Part shown: positions 10,712 to 19,239 of the stretch, one piece after another | Layout: each line of letters opens with the position of its first letter | Numbering within the stretch: the first letter of the stretch is position 1 | Assembly: GCA_937922925.1 (NCBI GenBank) | Contig: CALAKU010000007.1 | Coordinates: 10,120 to 74,119 of the forward strand | DNA from: an uncultured Arenicella sp. | Lineage (GTDB): Bacteria > Pseudomonadota > Gammaproteobacteria > Arenicellales > Arenicellaceae | Length of the DNA stretch: 64,000 bases | Reading direction: 5' to 3' | The notes under the pieces: generated by a model | What the model was told of the DNA's origin: nothing | Databases searched by the model: none | The model's input: only the letters and a program-made list of their open reading frames with translations | Made by a program: the position numbers and the translations under genes

Positions 10712-11011
10712 TTATGGGAATGGGCAAGGCTCGGTGGCGGGGCCGGCCATTAAAAAGCTCTCGCAGTTGCTCTCGCCTGAGCCCACGGTTGGCCCCAAGG
10801 TGACATCGCGCACGTCGCCATAAAAAATCAGCTCAGGTGTTTGATACGGCTTTGGGCACAAGGCATGTTGTGTCTGCGCGCCTACTACCTCACCATGGAC
10901 GTCACCGTTGGCGGTGTTTGATGTGTTCGCGTTGTTTGCTTTGGCAGATAGTTTTTTGAGATTCATCACTTCACTCAGCACTGGCCGTTGATCTACTTGT
11001 TGGCGCGCCAT
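10712..11011 (-). CDS. Lasso peptide precursor (A); alternative start ATG 10966; predicted core encoded at 10715-10795
   Basis: Leader motif YQTPELIFYGDVRDVTL|G matches YxxPxLxxxGxxxxxTx with Thr at -2. Core GPTVGSGESNCESFLMAGPATEPCPFP has Gly1 and Glu8. It lies 24 bp downstream of a cyclase-like gene. Confidence 0.85.
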   Translation of the reverse strand: MARQQVDQRPVLSEVMNLKKLSAKANNANTSNTANGDVHGEVVGAQTQHALCPKPYQTPELIFYGDVRDVTLGPTVGSGESNCESFLMAGPATEPCPFP

Positions 11012-11035
11012 TCAAATCGGTAAGCTGGCCTTGTT

Positions 11036-12910
11036 CTAGGCAGATTCGTTTACCACTGACCTGCTTTCATCATAGCACATCGAATACCAAAAATTGTAGT
11101 ACGCGCAACGCCACGCAAGCATGGCTACCGACTGTTCACTTTCTTTTGCCGGTGAGAAGCTCTGTGAAAAATACTCTTCTTTAACAAAGTCTTGCCATTT
11201 CGATTCGCTGTGCTGGAACCACATTTTGGCGGCCTTGTCGTTAGCCATTCCTGCATTGATTGCGGTATTAAAACTGGTTTTGTTGTTACGCGCCTTCAAG
11301 TGAGCGGGTAACTCGGCATCAAAGGCATTGAGGACAATTGGCCGATGGACCAAGCCATTAATCAATTGCTTACTGGGTACATTCGCCATAAATTCGCATA
11401 AATCGCGATCTCGCATGGGATAGCGGCGATCTACCTTGTATTTCGCTTCCATAATGCGACCAAGAGCCGCGTCGTTGCCGGCAAACCCACCAAACAGATT
11501 TTGCCATTGCCGTGGTCGGCGCGCGCCCAAACTCTCTTCAAACAAAGGATGAGGCCGATGTTTTAGCTGGGCTAAGACTGATTCTTGCAAGTACTTTGGC
11601 ACATGAGGCTGCCGCGCTTGTCGGTGAGCCAATAAGCGAGTCATTCCCGGTAAGGGCTTTATCAATGTATTTTTAATAAGCGTTGGTTTATGGGACGTAG
11701 CTCGCCAATACAGAGCAAAATCTTTGACTGCTTGACGCCACTTACCTTGCCGGAATTGCTCATAGATCACATTCTCACCGTGGCCAAATAACATATCACC
11801 ATGGATCCCGGTTAGGATGTGTTGCACCTTGTTTTGATTGGCGACTTTAAAGGTTTGTTGCTGGAATTCTGAATACGGCGTACTGAATGGGTATATCGGA
11901 TTCATATGCGTGTCAGCATCAAAAGCCGGCCAAACAGAATCGCAATTGAGCAAATGCTGCTTAATATTGAATTGCTCACAAACAGGCTGCGAAAAAGTGC
12001 GTTCATCCGCCTCTGGAAAACGCTCAAACACCCACGATATGGCTTGATGTATCTGGTTTTTATTCGCCGATTGGCTGGCAGTGAGCTGGCTGGCGATAAT
12101 CGCAATGGGAACAGAATCCAAACCACCGCTCAAACTGGTGGCAAAGTCACCTACGCCACGTAATCGGCGTTGCACCGCCTGAGTAAGTAACCGTTTAAAC
12201 TCCGTGGCGTACTCTTTATCGCTCAGCCAAACACGATGATTGCGCTGAGGTGGCTGATAAAAACGAAACTCCTTGGTTCCAGCATCGCTGATTTGAATTG
12301 CATACCCGGGTTCGAGCGGCGTAAGACCTTTGATCGTTTCCAGTGATTGCGTTTCTTGTTGCATCAAAAGTGCGCACGCCATCTTCTCTTGATTGATCTC
12401 ATACGCAACACTCGGATGTGCCACCAGTGCCATTTCAAAAGTGGCAATTAACACGCTCTGTTTGGTGATCGAGGTGACGATATAACGCCCGCCCATGGGG
12501 TCTCGAGCAAGAATAATGTCATTGTTGCGCTCATCGAAAGCCACAAAAACATATGGCCCGATAATCGAGCTTAAACTGGCCACGCCAAATTCGCGCAAAA
12601 ACCGGGCCACCAGTTCGGCATCGCTAATGACGGCTTGTGCTGAAATGCCAAGCGAGTCTAATAGGCTTTTGCGATTATCGACTCGCCCTAAAAACGCAAA
12701 CCAAAGATGGTCATCCAATAACAATGGCTGCCTTTCAAGTTGTTCTTCTGGCACCGTCCATCGTGCTTGATAGCCAATGGCAAAATTCTTTTTGATATGC
12801 AATTGGTGATGATCATCACCAAAGCCATCCAGCTGCTTCATCATCGCTTGCGCGATACGCGGATCAAAAGCCGATCCGTCACGATTGATAGCGAAGAAAA
12901 AGGCACTCAT
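11036..12910 (-). CDS. Asparagine-synthetase-like protein, probable lasso peptide cyclase (C)
   Basis: SLSGGLDS ATP-binding loop, ARDPMGGR, LTGIHGD and RRYPMRDRDL. The N-terminus MSAF lacks the catalytic Cys2 of true AsnB. Adjacent to the precursor. Confidence 0.85.
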   Translation of the reverse strand: MSAFFFAINRDGSAFDPRIAQAMMKQLDGFGDDHHQLHIKKNFAIGYQARWTVPEEQLERQPLLLDDHLWFAFLGRVDNRKSLLDSLGISAQAVISDAELVARFLREFGVASLSSIIGPYVFVAFDERNNDIILARDPMGGRYIVTSITKQSVLIATFEMALVAHPSVAYEINQEKMACALLMQQETQSLETIKGLTPLEPGYAIQISDAGTKEFRFYQPPQRNHRVWLSDKEYATEFKRLLTQAVQRRLRGVGDFATSLSGGLDSVPIAIIASQLTASQSANKNQIHQAISWVFERFPEADERTFSQPVCEQFNIKQHLLNCDSVWPAFDADTHMNPIYPFSTPYSEFQQQTFKVANQNKVQHILTGIHGDMLFGHGENVIYEQFRQGKWRQAVKDFALYWRATSHKPTLIKNTLIKPLPGMTRLLAHRQARQPHVPKYLQESVLAQLKHRPHPLFEESLGARRPRQWQNLFGGFAGNDAALGRIMEAKYKVDRRYPMRDRDLCEFMANVPSKQLINGLVHRPIVLNAFDAELPAHLKARNNKTSFNTAINAGMANDKAAKMWFQHSESKWQDFVKEEYFSQSFSPAKESEQSVAMLAWRCAYYNFWYSMCYDESRSVVNESA

Positions 12911-12964
12911 CTTTACTCAGCTACGGCAGCATCAAAACACAAGGTTAAACGTGGGCCGTTTGGG

Positions 12965-14875
12965 CTATGCCGCTTGTTTGGGGTTTACTAGTGGCTTTGG
13001 CTTTGATTCAAGCAACTGCTTTGGCTTGAGGAGTTGACCCATTTTGACTTTACCTAATTCCTCAGAAAACTGCGTGTTCTGCCATGCGACCTTGCCAGCG
13101 ATGACAACTAAAGGCACGACGCCGTCCGAGCGATTGACTAATTGTTCGTGTTCGAATTCACGGCGATAGATTCGCTGGACAGTGCTTTCACCGTCATAGT
13201 TTGCAAGTGTTAAGGGGTCGACCAGAATGAGATCAGCAACATCGTTTTCATAGATTGTGCCTCGACCTACGCCGAACAAATCAGCGGGGTCTTTACTCAA
13301 ACGTTTCACCATATACGCAACATCAAGCTCGCCGCCTTGCGCGGCTAATTGCAAACTACGCAGATTGACATCGTAAAACGCCATATTGGTCAGATGAGCA
13401 CCACTGTCATTGAAACCCGGCAGCAGTGCTTTGTCCATAATGAGCTTTCGCACGGTACGCATATTGCGATTGGCCGACACCGTGCTCCAAGACAAATTGG
13501 TATCAAAACTTCTGAGCATTTGCAGCACAAAGTCGGCTTCATCGCCGATGTTTTGAAAATCGGTTTTGATCAATGCCCGCTCAGTTTCAGACAAACTCAA
13601 GGAATGAGGCTGGACAAGTCGCTCATACACATCTTGAAAAGACAAACCAACCCAGTCTGAAAGCTCACAACGCTCAATCATCATTTGCCGCAAATCGCGA
13701 TCAAACGCATACGTCTCCAACCTGAGCCAGCGTTTTAGTCGCGCCAAATTAAAGCCCTGCTTGCCATGTAACCACATGGCCTTAAACACCTTAATGTAGT
13801 TTGGATCATTGAGGATATTCAGGCGCGCTTCGCGGTCTTCTAAATCGGTTTCGTTGAGGGCGCGCAGTTCGGGAATTTCTTCCGCTAGTGGCGTGATCGC
13901 CCCATCCGACCAGGTTTTAAAACGCGCGCCTAATGCCTGCATGTAAAACTTGCCGCCAAGTAGCCGGCTATTTAATAGTCGTGCCAGTACTTTAGCCAAT
14001 TTGACTAGATTGCGATTGGTCGCCACATCTAGCGCCGCGACTACTGTTGTTTTCATGGCTTTGCCATGCAACCTAGAGCAACTTAGCAAAAACATTTTAA
14101 TCACGTCTTTGGGATTGTCTTTAGGCGGTGTTGCTTGCCATACCGACTCTTCTTCACGCACAACCTGGGTAAGCTGTTTTATCTCGTGATAGTCAGCGAA
14201 TTGTGTGGGGATGGTTTTATGGCAGTTTGGCTGGTTCGCCAAATAGTGAAAAGGCAGCGAATCCGTCGAAAAACCGGCGTAGCCCGCCCGCAAACCCTCA
14301 CGCAGAATGGATTTCATTGCCTCGATTTCGTTGTCGCTCGGTGACCGGTTAATACTGTCTTCAAAACCCATGGTTTCGATGCGCAGCATCGAGTGCGGAA
14401 TCATGGTGATCACATTGGGGCCTAGATTCAACGATTGCAAATGATCGAGATAGTCTCGCGGGTTTTCCCACGTTACTTTCTCGGCGCAACTACGTAAGAC
14501 ATTTTTGGGGATGTTCTCTACGCGCGCGTAACAATCCACAATTGGGTCTGCATCATTCTTGCGTTGATTCCCAAAAGCCAAACCCAAACTGCAATTGGCG
14601 ATAACTACCGAGGTTGTTCCGTGGCGCGTCGATTCTGGTAAACCTGGCGCAACTTCGAGCTCCAAATCATAATGTGTATGAATATCAAACAAACCGGGCA
14701 TAGCCCACAAGCCCGTGGCATCTATGACTTGTTCGGCGCGATCGCTCGGTAAATCCTTGGCTCGCGCCACAACCTTACCGTCGGCGATACCAATGTCTTG
14801 AGTTACCGGCTGCTCAGTGTCATTAAACACCCTCGCATTTTTGATCAGTATGTCGAAAGCCTGAGCTTGGGTCAT
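12965..14875 (-). CDS. Metal-dependent amidohydrolase (N-acyl-D-amino-acid deacylase-like)
   Basis: PGLFDIHTHYD, HGTTSVVIANC, NDSGAH and ADLILVDP. Confidence 0.88.
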   Translation of the reverse strand: MTQAQAFDILIKNARVFNDTEQPVTQDIGIADGKVVARAKDLPSDRAEQVIDATGLWAMPGLFDIHTHYDLELEVAPGLPESTRHGTTSVVIANCSLGLAFGNQRKNDADPIVDCYARVENIPKNVLRSCAEKVTWENPRDYLDHLQSLNLGPNVITMIPHSMLRIETMGFEDSINRSPSDNEIEAMKSILREGLRAGYAGFSTDSLPFHYLANQPNCHKTIPTQFADYHEIKQLTQVVREEESVWQATPPKDNPKDVIKMFLLSCSRLHGKAMKTTVVAALDVATNRNLVKLAKVLARLLNSRLLGGKFYMQALGARFKTWSDGAITPLAEEIPELRALNETDLEDREARLNILNDPNYIKVFKAMWLHGKQGFNLARLKRWLRLETYAFDRDLRQMMIERCELSDWVGLSFQDVYERLVQPHSLSLSETERALIKTDFQNIGDEADFVLQMLRSFDTNLSWSTVSANRNMRTVRKLIMDKALLPGFNDSGAHLTNMAFYDVNLRSLQLAAQGGELDVAYMVKRLSKDPADLFGVGRGTIYENDVADLILVDPLTLANYDGESTVQRIYRREFEHEQLVNRSDGVVPLVVIAGKVAWQNTQFSEELGKVKMGQLLKPKQLLESKPKPLVNPKQAA

Positions 14876-14957
14876 TGGTTTTTCTCGTTGCGTGAAAATA
14901 AAGTCATTTTGAGTAAACTAACATAATAAATCAAAGCCACTTTTACCGAGAAGTCAC

Positions 14958-15863
14958 ATGTTCGAAAACGCGAGCTTAAATGACTGGTTTGCTAAAGGCG
15001 AACGCCGCCACTTAAACGGCTATCGCATATTTTGTATTGACGAATTGGCTGCCAGTGACAAATACCAAGACAACGACAAAGAAGTATTGCTGCTAATACA
15101 TGGGTTTCCCACCGCCAGCTTTGACTTTCATAAAATGTGGCCCGCCCTCAGTGAACGATTTAGGCTAATAAGCCTAGATATGCTGGGCTTTGGATTTTCG
15201 GACAAACCCGATCGCCGCCGCTACACCCTGCACGCGCAAGCCGACCTGTTTGAATCGTTTCTACGCCAAGCGGGCGTTCAGCGTTGCCATGTACTGGCTC
15301 ACGACTATGGCGTTAGCATCGCACAAGAACTGATTGCTCGTCAGTCAGACCCGTATCCAAGCTTTGAAATTACCTCGTGCTGCTTTTTAAACGGCGGCTT
15401 GTTTCCCGAAACACATAGAGCGCTGTTAACCCAAAAACTGTTATTGAGCAGTTTCGGCAAATGGATCACGCGCTTTTACAGCAGTAAAGATCGCTTTGCT
15501 GGGTCGTTCTCGTCAGTCTTTGGGGCTGACAGTCAACCCAGCGAGCAAGAACTAAGTGAGTTTTGGGAACTAATTAATTATCGCGAGGGCCGCCACCTAT
15601 TCCATAACTTAATAACCTATATGGAAGACAGAATAGAACATCGGTCTCGCTGGCTCCATGCTCTGCAAAATGCCAGCATGCCATTGAGCCTTATTAACGG
15701 CTCTGTAGACCCGGTTTCTGGGGCGCATTTAGTCGCGCGCTACAAAGAACTCAATTGTCGGCTAGACCATGTTTGTGAGCTTGAGACCATTGGCCATTAT
15801 CCCCATACTGAATCGCCGCAAGCTGTGACTCAGGCTTACCTTTCTTTTTTAGGCTCGTCGTAA
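14958..15863 (+). CDS. Alpha/beta hydrolase (epoxide hydrolase/MEST-like)
   Basis: HGFP oxyanion motif, GFGFSDKP, AHDYG nucleophile Asp, GHYPH. Confidence 0.9.
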   Translation: MFENASLNDWFAKGERRHLNGYRIFCIDELAASDKYQDNDKEVLLLIHGFPTASFDFHKMWPALSERFRLISLDMLGFGFSDKPDRRRYTLHAQADLFESFLRQAGVQRCHVLAHDYGVSIAQELIARQSDPYPSFEITSCCFLNGGLFPETHRALLTQKLLLSSFGKWITRFYSSKDRFAGSFSSVFGADSQPSEQELSEFWELINYREGRHLFHNLITYMEDRIEHRSRWLHALQNASMPLSLINGSVDPVSGAHLVARYKELNCRLDHVCELETIGHYPHTESPQAVTQAYLSFLGSS

Positions 15864-16720
15864 GACACGATTACCCACGCCTGCTCAGCCGCTGGTCTGT
15901 CCAGGAAGTTTTCGCTGTCGAATGGTCTAACTCGGCCATCATCGCTAAAAGCCTCGCTCGTACGATAATCCGAACCAGCACTGCCTCCGTAGAGGCCGCC
16001 ACCGCCTCCGCCACTGCCTTGCTTAATCTCAGAGGCACCGTCACCCGCGCTGGCATCGCCGCCTCTGGTACTGTCATCAATGTCGTCGCCGTGAATTTGG
16101 GCAGGTTTCAAACCTTGCCCGTTAGTGCCGTAAGAACCACCGGCACTACCTCGCCCAATCACACCGCCGTCGCCGACACCACTGCCACCACCGCCACCAC
16201 CAGCGATAATAAGCGTTTCATTTCCCCGGACTCTAGTAACACCACTGGCACCACCGCCACCGCCGCCACCGCCTGCTTTCCCTGCTGCAGCCGTTCCGCC
16301 CTCAAATCCTGGAGCGGAACGACCGCCTGCGCCACCTTTCGGTAGATCGCCGTCCTGACCCCGTTCGCCAACAAAGATTTCCAGCGACTCACCTGGATTC
16401 ACTTTGACGTTCGAGACGGCAGCACCTCCATCACCGCCGTTATTTAGGAGCACACCGAAGCCGTTACCCGACCCCCCTGATGCTCCCACCGCAAATATGC
16501 GAATACTGGCTACCCCTTCGGGTACAACAAACATATCTGATGACTCAAACACCACATTAATACGGTCTTTTCTGATCTGCGAATGCAATGTTTGCATAGC
16601 TTGATCAATGACAGACATCGACGTTGACTCAGCACGGTTAGCCGACGCGCTACGTCGCTGCATGGCTCTTTCAGTTTTGAAGAACGTGTCTTGGACCCTT
16701 ACTAACGACTGTGGTTTCAC
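15836..16720 (-). CDS. Glycine-rich domain protein (ALK/LTK Gly-rich-like)
   Basis: FVVPEGV..I.IFAVGASGG, GGDGG, V.PGE.LEIFVG, GGGGGGGAS, LIIAGGGGG, GGGGGGLYGG. Start uncertain; no signal peptide. Confidence 0.75.
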   Translation of the reverse strand: MKPQSLVRVQDTFFKTERAMQRRSASANRAESTSMSVIDQAMQTLHSQIRKDRINVVFESSDMFVVPEGVASIRIFAVGASGGSGNGFGVLLNNGGDGGAAVSNVKVNPGESLEIFVGERGQDGDLPKGGAGGRSAPGFEGGTAAAGKAGGGGGGGGASGVTRVRGNETLIIAGGGGGGSGVGDGGVIGRGSAGGSYGTNGQGLKPAQIHGDDIDDSTRGGDASAGDGASEIKQGSGGGGGGLYGGSAGSDYRTSEAFSDDGRVRPFDSENFLDRPAAEQAWVIVSYDEPKKER

Positions 16721-16861
16721 TTTACTACCATCATTATTGTTTTGATGATTTGAGTTTAGGCAATGTCAACAAAACCGTGAATAGCACAAAAAGACTAGAG
16801 CCAAGAAAGCCGCGCGGGTTATAGTTCAAGCGAACCTTGACTCCACGCTGTCGCGACAATA

Positions 16862-17482
16862 ATGAAAGACAAACATCTTTTGATAGTAGACGACCATGCC
16901 CTTTTTAGGACAGGGCTGAAAATGATACTGATGCAAGTTGGAAACGCTCGGGGTATTTCCGAAGCAAATTCCATCAAAGAGGCTTTTGATTTCTCTGAGT
17001 CAGGTGTTGACTTGATTCTACTGGACATCCATATGCCCGGACTCAATGGCATCGACGGAATCAAACCTCTAAGAGATCGTTTCAACAATGTGCCGATCAT
17101 TATTCTTTCCGCCAGTAGCGACCCAAGTGCGATGGTCGACGCTCGCAATTTAGGAGCCAGTGGCTTTATGAATAAAGCCGACAATGCCGAAGACATGGTA
17201 AGCGCTATCAGCAAAGTGCTTGAAGGAGCAGAATGCTTCCCAGACGAAGTTGACTCGGCCCAAGCTGGCACCGAACTGAGCTTGAGTAATGCGCTCACTC
17301 CGCGACAAATTGAAGTGTTAATTCATTTATGCGAAGGCAAGCCCAACAAGCTAATTGCTCGTGAACTCGAAATGTCTGAGAACACCGTGCGCGTGCATGT
17401 GTCCGCGATACTGACCGCCTTGGGCGCGTCGAATCGAACCGAAGCGATTTTGGTTGCGCAACAACTAGGCCTTACCAGCTAA
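16862..17482 (+). CDS. NarL/LuxR family response regulator
   Basis: Receiver domain (VDDH, LLDIHMPG) plus LTPRQ..GKPNKLIARELEMSENTVRVHVS helix-turn-helix. Confidence 0.95.
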   Translation: MKDKHLLIVDDHALFRTGLKMILMQVGNARGISEANSIKEAFDFSESGVDLILLDIHMPGLNGIDGIKPLRDRFNNVPIIILSASSDPSAMVDARNLGASGFMNKADNAEDMVSAISKVLEGAECFPDEVDSAQAGTELSLSNALTPRQIEVLIHLCEGKPNKLIARELEMSENTVRVHVSAILTALGASNRTEAILVAQQLGLTS

Positions 17483-17493
17483 GGATTTAGCTA

Positions 17494-19239
17494 ATGATTT
17501 TCGGATACAAAGTACCTCCCGAAAAACTCGCTCAAGCTCTCAGATTTCCCGATCAAAATTTCGCGCCCGGCGTGGTTCTGTATTTAGGAATCTGCATTTG
17601 CACTGCCATCGTCGCTTATATAGACACCAATAGTTTATTGGTGCTTGGCTGGTTGGCTCTGGTTATTATTTGCTGGATCGCGACGACAGTGATCTATCTC
17701 TCCAAAAGAGAAGCCCTTATCAACGCGCCACATGCTCACGCCAAGTTGGCATTGATGAACGTGATCTGCACGAGCTTGGTGTTCACACTCTTGATCGTTT
17801 TGATTGTGCCGACCAGCAGCATTACTTTGGCTGTGTTTATGTTATGCGTGGTGGTATTGATCTCGGTTGGCACTGCGGCCTTCTCCGCACCCTACTCGCC
17901 CTTGTTCGCCGCGATGACATACCCACAGTTCTTAGCGCTGATTGTCACCTACTTATTGCGAGACGATTTATTGAGCCAATGGCTTGGATTTTCCAGTATC
18001 TTAGTCGTGGTGGTATTGAGTTGGTTCAATATTATGATCTCCAACTCAATCCTTAAAATGCTCGCCGCCAACGACGAAAATGAAGCACTCACGCGCAAGC
18101 TGCGTACCGCTTTGGTTCAAACCGATGAGGCTAATCGCGCTAAATCCGTGTTTCTAGCCTCGGCCAGCCACGACTTACGTCAGCCATTGCATGCCCTAGG
18201 CTTGTTGCTCGAAACCATGGGCGGTACAGAGTTAAATCGTCAACAGCGTGAAATTCAAAATCATATGGATGCAGCGATTGATTCAACACAAACTATGCTC
18301 GATGCGTTGTTAAATATTTCGAAGCTCGACGCAGGTGCGATTTCTTCCGATCCTCGCCCCTTTTTAGTACAAACCATTTTCAGCAAACTAGAAGCCGAAC
18401 TTGCGCCCACGGCGGACGAGCATAATCTGATCTATCGCACACGAGAAACCATCGCGGCGGCTTACGCAGACCCTCTCATTGTTGAACTCATACTGCGTAA
18501 TTTAATTGCCAATGCGATCCGCTACACCGAAGAAGGGGGTCTGCTGGTTGCCTGTCGCAAGCGTGATGGGCGTTTAAGCATTGAGGTTTGGGACACCGGC
18601 ATTGGCGTGCCCGAGAACAAACGAGAAGACATGTTTCGTGAGTTCAAACAACTTGATAACCCCGAACGCGATTCTCGCAAAGGTTTTGGCTTGGGATTGG
18701 CGATTGCCCAGGGGCTGGCCAAGACCTTGGATTCTGAAATCACTGTACATTCGGTCGTCGGCCAAGGCTCAGTCTTCCGATTTAGCCTACGCCAATCGCG
18801 AGCCGACGTTATTGATGATGTACCAAAGAATAGAAAAGCCGTCTCTTTTGCCGGTACGACTGTTCTGGTGATTGATGACGACGAACGCGTTCGCACGGCC
18901 ATGCTGCAAGTGCTGAACAATTGGGGTTGTCGCAGCATTGACGGCGAGTCTGCGGAGGAAGTGTTGCAATCCATGCAAAAGCAAAACATCGAGGTAAGCG
19001 AAATTGATCTCGCCTTAGTCGACTATCGTTTACGCCATGGCCGCACCGGCAAGGATGCCATCGAAGCGTTGCGCGCAGCGATTGACCCTAAATTACCAGC
19101 GATAATTATCACCGGGGACACGGCCACCGAGCGAATAAGTGAGGCGCGCGCAGTCGATGCCCTACTCATCCACAAACCCGCCTCGGTTCGGCAACTAAGC
19201 TCCATGATGCAAACCCTACTGCGCAAGCGCCTCGACTGA
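17494..19239 (+). CDS. Membrane-bound hybrid sensor histidine kinase
   Basis: Multiple N-terminal TMs; H-box SHDLRQP, N-box NAIRYT, DTGIG, GFGLGL; C-terminal receiver domain. Confidence 0.95.
   Translation: MIFGYKVPPEKLAQALRFPDQNFAPGVVLYLGICICTAIVAYIDTNSLLVLGWLALVIICWIATTVIYLSKREALINAPHAHAKLALMNVICTSLVFTLLIVLIVPTSSITLAVFMLCVVVLISVGTAAFSAPYSPLFAAMTYPQFLALIVTYLLRDDLLSQWLGFSSILVVVVLSWFNIMISNSILKMLAANDENEALTRKLRTALVQTDEANRAKSVFLASASHDLRQPLHALGLLLETMGGTELNRQQREIQNHMDAAIDSTQTMLDALLNISKLDAGAISSDPRPFLVQTIFSKLEAELAPTADEHNLIYRTRETIAAAYADPLIVELILRNLIANAIRYTEEGGLLVACRKRDGRLSIEVWDTGIGVPENKREDMFREFKQLDNPERDSRKGFGLGLAIAQGLAKTLDSEITVHSVVGQGSVFRFSLRQSRADVIDDVPKNRKAVSFAGTTVLVIDDDERVRTAMLQVLNNWGCRSIDGESAEEVLQSMQKQNIEVSEIDLALVDYRLRHGRTGKDAIEALRAAIDPKLPAIIITGDTATERISEARAVDALLIHKPASVRQLSSMMQTLLRKRLD

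Noticed and set aside
11036-12910. Annotation as housekeeping asparagine synthetase AsnB
   Set aside because: It lacks the N-terminal catalytic Cys, is divergent, and is adjacent to a lasso-type precursor.
16130-16280. CCACCG/CCGCCA repeats
   Set aside because: They simply encode the poly-Gly tracts of the glycine-rich protein; not a CRISPR or DNA-level repeat element.
16819-17298. 159-aa minus-strand ORF, and similar long antisense ORFs at 7029-7613, 18522-18989, 34186-34701 and 40517-40978
   Set aside because: They lie opposite well-supported genes and have no motifs of their own.
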